Shown here: positions 59,252 to 64,000 of the stretch, piece after piece
Layout of the letters: every line of letters begins with the position of its first letter
How positions within the stretch are numbered: the stretch's first letter is position 1
Origin: a bacterium
GTDB lineage: Bacteria > JAGOBX01
Assembly (NCBI GenBank): GCA_029551925.1
Contig: JAKPEO010000056.1
Location: forward strand, 703 to 64,702
Direction: 5' to 3'
DNA: 64,000 nt
Translations under genes and position numbers: made by a program
The notes under the pieces: generated by a model
The model's input: only the letters and a program-made list of their open reading frames with translations
Database searches by the model: none
Told to the model about the DNA's origin: nothing

Positions 59252-59323
59252 GGACCGCTAGCTCAATGGTAGAGCAACGGACTCTTAATCCGTAGGTTGA
59301 AGGTTCAAGTCCTTCGCGGTTCA
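59252..59323 (+). tRNA. tRNA-Lys (anticodon CTT), no encoded CCA
   Basis: Hand-folded cloverleaf. Acceptor GGACCGC/GCGGTTC (one G-U), D arm GCTC-AATGGTA-GAGC, anticodon arm ACGGA-CTCTTAA-TCCGT, variable AGGTT, T arm GAAGG-TTCAAGT-CCTTC, discriminator A. Confidence 0.9.
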
Positions 59324-59332
59324 CTGCTATAC

Positions 59333-59374
59333 AAACATTATTGTTATATTGATTAATTGTAATAATGTTTTTCT
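59333..59374 (+). terminator. weak AU-rich hairpin plus short T run downstream of the tRNA
   Basis: AAACATTATT (59333-59342) pairs with AATAATGTTT (59361-59370) around an 18-nt loop, followed by TTCT. Confidence 0.25.
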
Positions 59375-59553
59375 ACTGCCGTCAAAGATGATATTTTTTT
59401 ATTGCGAGAAAAATCAAAGTTAATTTTGATTCAGAAAAAATATAAAATAAATTAAAGATTAAAAAATACCGCAATTTATAGATTATTTTGGCACGCGCTA
59501 TTGAAGCGGTAGTATTGCCTTTATTCTATTAGTAATAAAAAAAAATAGATACT

Positions 59554-59805
59554 TTATTTTTTTTCTACATTATATGCTTTTAATATTTTATTTTGCGAAT
59601 CTAATTTGATTTCAAATTGGACAATATCGCCTTTTTCAACTGTCCGAAATAAATATGTTTTTGGCATAATAATATCTGAAAAATGAAAGAATATTTGTTC
59701 GTCTATCGAAATATCGTCCGGTTGTATATATCCGAAACCTTTTGCATTGTCAAAATCTAAAATTTTTCCTGTAAATATTTGTTTTGTATTTGGTATTATA
59801 GGCAT
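59554..59805 (-). CDS. cold-shock-domain-like small protein
   Basis: GKILDFDNAKGFGYIQPDD....IFFHFSDI resembles the CSD RNP motifs. It has an atypical N-terminal extension and C-terminus. Confidence 0.55.
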   Translation of the reverse strand: MPIIPNTKQIFTGKILDFDNAKGFGYIQPDDISIDEQIFFHFSDIIMPKTYLFRTVEKGDIVQFEIKLDSQNKILKAYNVEKK

Positions 59806-59832
59806 TTTATAATTATTTAGAAACTAAAAAAA

Positions 59833-60396
59833 TTATGCGCGGCTGATATATTCGCCTGTGCGCGTATCAACTTTGATTTTTGTGTCTATATCTACAAATA
59901 ACGGCACTTGTAAAGTATGACCTGTTTCTAATGTCGCTGGTTTTGTGACTTTGCCGGTAGTATCGCCGCGCACGCCCGGCTCTGTGTATGTTACAGTCAA
60001 GATAACGCTTGTCGGTAGTGTGATAGTAACTGCTTTTCCTTCATACACGCAAATTACTACTTCCATATTTTCAGTCAAAAAATTTTTAGCGTCGCCTATT
60101 AAATTTTTATCTAATTCATATTGTTCAAATGTCTCGTTGTCCATAAATGTATAATTTTCGCCGTCATTATATAAATATTGCATTTTCCGCACTTCTAAGT
60201 AAACATCTTCGAGTTTTTCAGAACTTTTAAATGACCGTTCAAGCGAAGCGCCTGTATAAATATTTTGTAAACGCACGCGATAAATCACTTCTGTCCGCGC
60301 TTCTTTCGGTTGATTAAAAGATACCTTTGTCACAATGTAAATATTATTGTCTAATTTTATGACTTTATTAGGTCTTAATTCAGTCGCTTGTATCAT
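59833..60396 (-). CDS. efp: translation elongation factor P
   Basis: 187 aa. Three-domain EF-P pattern with KPATLETGHTLQVPLFV. Confidence 0.95.
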   Translation of the reverse strand: MIQATELRPNKVIKLDNNIYIVTKVSFNQPKEARTEVIYRVRLQNIYTGASLERSFKSSEKLEDVYLEVRKMQYLYNDGENYTFMDNETFEQYELDKNLIGDAKNFLTENMEVVICVYEGKAVTITLPTSVILTVTYTEPGVRGDTTGKVTKPATLETGHTLQVPLFVDIDTKIKVDTRTGEYISRA

Positions 60397-60487
60397 AAAC
60401 TATTTCACCATATTTAGTTATTTTTACAAAATGCCAAAATTATAATTTTGCTTTTAAAAAAAACAATATTTTTTCTTATTAGTTTTT

Positions 60488-61045
60488 TTAAGATTTTAAT
60501 CCGTCAAGATACAACGGATATAAAACTTCGTAAAAAAATATTACAAAATCTTTTTCATCTGCCGCTTGCGAATAATGTTCATTCCAATAATTAACTATAT
60601 CATTATGCCAATTGCAGTTTTCAGAATAATAAGCGTATTTTTCTTCTAAATTCTGCCATTCTGTAAATTCGTCGTCATAATCGCCTGAGCATATATCGTA
60701 TTTTTCAATTACAAATTTTTTTAAGTCATTATCATATTTGATAGGATAAAAATAACAGACCGACGGTTTGATTTCTTGAATAACGCATTTTTTGTCTTTT
60801 AGAAATACGCAGCCGTCATAATAATTGTTTATTATGCTTAACAAATATTCTTTATTTTTTATCTTGAAAAAATTGTAGATATAATTTTCGCCAACTTGCA
60901 TTTCATTTATATCTATCAATTTGAATGTGTCATAAAACCGCTGACGAGTATGATGGAATATTTGCAGAGCGTCAACTAAATTTATTATGATTTTATAATG
61001 CTTGCAGCATTTTCCGCATATTCGGCATTTGAATTGAAATTTCAT
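60488..61045 (-). CDS. YkgJ-family cysteine-cluster (zinc/iron-chelating) protein
   Basis: N-terminal CRICGKCCKH plus later CVFL...KCVIQEIKPSVCYFYP. Confidence 0.65.
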   Translation of the reverse strand: MKFQFKCRICGKCCKHYKIIINLVDALQIFHHTRQRFYDTFKLIDINEMQVGENYIYNFFKIKNKEYLLSIINNYYDGCVFLKDKKCVIQEIKPSVCYFYPIKYDNDLKKFVIEKYDICSGDYDDEFTEWQNLEEKYAYYSENCNWHNDIVNYWNEHYSQAADEKDFVIFFYEVLYPLYLDGLKS

Positions 61046-61049
61046 AATT

Positions 61050-63665
61050 TTAGTTTGTTAAATACTCTTTTAATGACTTTATCGCTTCGTCTAATTTATC
61101 AATGTTTTTTATGCCAGCTTGACTGAACGCAGGCGCACCGCCGCCGCCGCCGCCAGTAATATTTGTAATTTGTTTTACTAACTCGCCGGCTTTGTATTTA
61201 TCAATTAAATTTTTGCCGACGCCGATAAATGCAATTGATTTTTTCGCTGAGATATTGACAATCACAGCAATTCCATTATTTTCGCGTTTTTTATATTCGT
61301 CGATAATAATCTTGATTTGGTCATTGTCAAAATCATTAAATTTTAAATACAAAAATTTTATAGCGCCTATCGCTTCAATTTTGGAAAAATAATCGTCGGT
61401 CATTCCTGCGGCAGCGCGCTGTTTTAATTCGCGATTTTCTTTTTCTAATCTGTGCAATTCATTTTTTAGTTTTTCTAATTTTGTCAAAACAGTATTAACA
61501 TCAGTTTCAAGTATTTCTGCAGCTTTATAAAATTTTTGGGCAAAATCATTGCAATAATCTAATGCTGTTAAACCAGTGACGCATTCGATTCTGCGCACGC
61601 CTGCGGCAATTGCGGATTCAGAAATTATTTTTAATAGTCCGATTTCTCCGGTAGCGTCTAAATGCGTGCCGCCGCATAATTCGAGCGAATAATCTGATAT
61701 TTTTACTACTCTCACTATTTCGCCATATTTTTCGCCGAATAATGCCATTGCTCCTAATTTTTTCGCTTCATTAATATTCGTATGAAAAATATTTACCGTC
61801 AAATTTTCTTGGATTTTTGAATTAATTAATTTTTCGATTTCTGATATTTGTTTATCGGATAATTTTTCAAAATGCGAAAAATCAAAACGAAATCCGCTGT
61901 CTGTAACATACGAGCCGGCTTGCTCGATATGCGTCCCGATAATTTTTCTTAATGCAGAATGCAGTAAATGCGTGGCTGTATGATTTTTTTTTATATTTGC
62001 GCGGCGCGCAGAATTAATGCTTGCAGATACTTTATTATTTTTGCGAATATCTTCTAATTCGCCTTTTGTAATTTTACATATGCAGACATTAGAGTTATTT
62101 ATTTTTTGAGTGTCTAATACTGATAATTCGTAATTAGCGCCTTTTATAATGCCGGTATCTCCGACCTGACCGCCTGATTCTGCATAAAATGGCGAATTTT
62201 TTAATATTATCTCAATTTTATTATTGTTTTCTCTATATGCAATTATGCGCGTGTCAATACTTTCATTTTCATAACCGACAAATTCTGAAATTTCGTTTTC
62301 TAATAAATTAAATTTTAAATCGTCAACATCATAGTTTGCGCTGAATTTTGAATGCGAACGTGAAGTTTCTTGCTGTTTACGCATTTCTTCGTTGAATGTT
62401 TCAATATCTACTTTTAAGCCGATTTCTCTGCACATTAATTCAGTTAAATCAAGTGGAAAACCGTAAGTATCATATAAAACAAATGCATCTTTGCCGTCCA
62501 TAATTTTTTTGTTTTTTGCTTTTAAGTCATCTACTAATTTATTGAATATTTCTAATCCACGATCTAATGTTTGTAAAAATCGTTCTTCTTCAGATTTGAT
62601 AACTTTCTGAATATGATCTTTTCGTTTGATGATTTCTGGATACTCGTCGCCGAGCGTCGCGCAAACATCATCAACTAATATATACATAAACGGCTTGTCA
62701 ATATTTAATTTTTTGCCGAATCGCAACCCGCGCCGCAATATTCTACGCAACACATAACCGCGGCCTTCATTAGACGGCAACGCGCCGTCAGCGATTGCAA
62801 AGGTTAAACAGCGAATATGATCGGCAATTACGCGAAAAGGCGCAGGATTAAATGTATATTCTGTCCCAGTAATATCTTGAATGTGCTTAATTATAGGTTG
62901 AAATATATCAATATCGAAATTTGTCGGTTTGTTTTGCAGTATCGCAGCCAACCGCTCTAATCCCATACCGGTATCAACGCTTTTCATTTTTAGTTTGTGC
63001 AGAACGCCGTGTTCGTCGCGGTTGAACTCCATAAATACATTATTCCAAATTTCTAAAAATCTATCGCAATCGCAGCCCGGACAGCATTCTTTATTATTAA
63101 ATTTGCATTCAGCGCCTGTATCATAATGAATTTCTGTGCAAGGACCGCACGGGCCAGTAGGTCCCATTGACCAGAAATTTTCTTCGTCGCCTTTTTCTAT
63201 ATCCCCTAATCTTATAATTTTATTAGCAGCTATGCCTATTTCTTTATGCCAGATATTATACGATTCATCGTCATCTTTATAAATCGAAACCCATAATTTT
63301 TCTTTTGGCAATTTCACTATATCAACTAAAAATTGCCAAGCCCAATGTATTGCTTCGCGTTTGTAATAATCGCCGAACGACCAATTGCCGAGCATCTCGA
63401 AAAATGTTAAATGCCGTGCGGTAAATCCTACATTTTCTAAATCATTATGCTTGCCGCCAGCGCGAATACATTTTTGTGATGACGCTGCGCGCTTATAATC
63501 TCGTTTCTCTACGCCTAACAATACATCTTTAAATTGATTCATTCCTGCATTAGTAAATAACAGCGTCGGGTCATCGTATGGTATAACCGGCGAACTCGGC
63601 ACTATCCGATGATCTAAATTTTTAAAATAATCCAAAAATAATTTGCGTATTTCATTTGTTTTCAT
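61050..63665 (-). CDS. alaS: alanine--tRNA ligase
   Basis: 871 aa. FTNAGMNQFK, HLTFFEMLGNWSFGDYYK, editing-domain HTATHLLH / CGGTH, and a C-terminal GGGGGAPAFSQAG. Confidence 0.97.
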   Translation of the reverse strand: MKTNEIRKLFLDYFKNLDHRIVPSSPVIPYDDPTLLFTNAGMNQFKDVLLGVEKRDYKRAASSQKCIRAGGKHNDLENVGFTARHLTFFEMLGNWSFGDYYKREAIHWAWQFLVDIVKLPKEKLWVSIYKDDDESYNIWHKEIGIAANKIIRLGDIEKGDEENFWSMGPTGPCGPCTEIHYDTGAECKFNNKECCPGCDCDRFLEIWNNVFMEFNRDEHGVLHKLKMKSVDTGMGLERLAAILQNKPTNFDIDIFQPIIKHIQDITGTEYTFNPAPFRVIADHIRCLTFAIADGALPSNEGRGYVLRRILRRGLRFGKKLNIDKPFMYILVDDVCATLGDEYPEIIKRKDHIQKVIKSEEERFLQTLDRGLEIFNKLVDDLKAKNKKIMDGKDAFVLYDTYGFPLDLTELMCREIGLKVDIETFNEEMRKQQETSRSHSKFSANYDVDDLKFNLLENEISEFVGYENESIDTRIIAYRENNNKIEIILKNSPFYAESGGQVGDTGIIKGANYELSVLDTQKINNSNVCICKITKGELEDIRKNNKVSASINSARRANIKKNHTATHLLHSALRKIIGTHIEQAGSYVTDSGFRFDFSHFEKLSDKQISEIEKLINSKIQENLTVNIFHTNINEAKKLGAMALFGEKYGEIVRVVKISDYSLELCGGTHLDATGEIGLLKIISESAIAAGVRRIECVTGLTALDYCNDFAQKFYKAAEILETDVNTVLTKLEKLKNELHRLEKENRELKQRAAAGMTDDYFSKIEAIGAIKFLYLKFNDFDNDQIKIIIDEYKKRENNGIAVIVNISAKKSIAFIGVGKNLIDKYKAGELVKQITNITGGGGGGAPAFSQAGIKNIDKLDEAIKSLKEYLTN

Positions 63666-63755
63666 TTTATATTTTTCCTAATTTTAATTAATTTTTAGTT
63701 GATTTTTTTAAGTGGTGTATTTTAATTAAAAATCCAAAAAAATTCAAATAAAAAA

Positions 63756-63998
63756 TTACCAAACATATCCGGTAATTTTTAGATTTTTATCTTGCTTTAA
63801 ATCGTATTCGATTATGTCTTTGTATAAATTGCCGGCATCTAATTTTCTGATTTTAGGTTTGAATGGCTGCGATTCATCGTAGTCGATTACTACGCCGATT
63901 TCGCCGTTATTCAAATATACAGTTGTGCCAATAGGATACGGCGGTATTGCTTTTATAAATATTTCAGATATTTTTTTGTCAAAACTATCGCTTGCGAT
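63756..63998 (-). CDS. C-terminal end of an HD-GYP/HD-domain-type signalling protein (5' part outside window)
   Basis: My own translation of the minus strand gives IASDSFDKKISEIFIKAIPPYPIGTTVYLNNGEIGVVIDYDESQPFKPKIRKLD...TGYVW*. The PYPIGT.V.L.NGE.GVV tail is common at HD-GYP C-termini. Not in the ORF track because the start is off-window. Confidence 0.35.
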   Translation of the reverse strand: MASDSFDKKISEIFIKAIPPYPIGTTVYLNNGEIGVVIDYDESQPFKPKIRKLDAGNLYKDIIEYDLKQDKNLKITGYVW

Positions 63999-64000
63999 TA

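Noticed and set aside
59488-59520. Sigma54-type GG-N10-GC elements (TGGCACGCGCTATTGA on plus; AGGCAATACTACCGCT on minus)
   Set aside because: The plus-strand match has the wrong spacing and wrong -12 bases. The minus-strand match would fire towards the tRNA in antisense, with no gene to express.
59324-59553. Integration scar or att site at the tRNA-Lys 3' end
   Set aside because: There is no repeat of the tRNA 3' segment (TTCAAGTCCTTCGCGGTTCA) downstream. There is no integrase or foreign-looking gene adjacent.
63666-63755. T-box leader upstream of alaS
   Set aside because: The gap is only ~90 nt and AT-rich, too short for a T-box. No T-box consensus sequence is visible.
1-64000. CRISPR arrays, transposases/IS elements, prophage or integrase-bounded islands, rRNA genes
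   Set aside because: I found no regularly spaced direct repeats and no DDE/serine/tyrosine integrase other than the Xer-type gene. I also saw no phage structural genes and no rRNA-like conserved sequence. The window reads as core chromosome.

Overview
Overview: AT-rich, densely coding bacterial chromosomal segment read with the standard code (composition judged by eye, not computed). I call about 55 protein genes and one tRNA-Lys(CTT). I saw no rRNA, CRISPR array, transposase, phage gene or integrase-bounded island.

Gene content: mostly housekeeping genes: rpe (partial), dnaB, tkt, der, efp, alaS, glgA, waaA and a Xer-type recombinase. A diderm envelope is indicated by MlaE, MlaD, WaaA, an ExbB-ExbB-ExbD-TonB cluster and an M6 metalloprotease with a T9SS-like C-terminal sorting domain. 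Signal-transduction genes are unusually frequent: two PAS histidine kinases with receiver-type N-termini, REC-XRE, REC-HDOD, a sigma54 enhancer-binding protein, a cNMP-binding protein and a partial HD-GYP-like tail. Genes from 4.7 to 48.8 kb form one co-directional plus-strand run. Several intergenic regions carry canonical TTGACA-17-TAnAAT promoters. The lineage looks like an uncultivated diderm bacterium, possibly FCB-like or a candidate phylum; I cannot assign it from sequence alone.

Most interesting items:
1. A soluble [FeFe]-hydrogenase-like protein fused to a methyl-accepting chemotaxis signalling domain (31444-33318). It is a putative H2 or redox sensor and sits beside a sigma54 activator and a flavin reductase.
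2. An archaeal-type shikimate entry pair, ADH synthase plus 3-dehydroquinate synthase II (42662-44468).
3. An orphan transketolase N-terminal half-gene, present in addition to a full-length tkt.
4. A translationally coupled TPR / NYN / ABC-2 permease trio with no ATPase gene.
5. A Cas4/RecB-like protein that keeps the Fe-S cysteines but appears to have lost the catalytic motifs.
6. A B12-type radical SAM gene flanked by sub-threshold micro-ORFs.
7. Two unusually long, structured non-coding gaps (48.8-49.2 kb and 51.1-51.6 kb).

Limits: I did not find a clear-cut defence or mobile system. All domain calls are motif recognition by eye, without alignments or searches, and the findings are leads rather than demonstrations.
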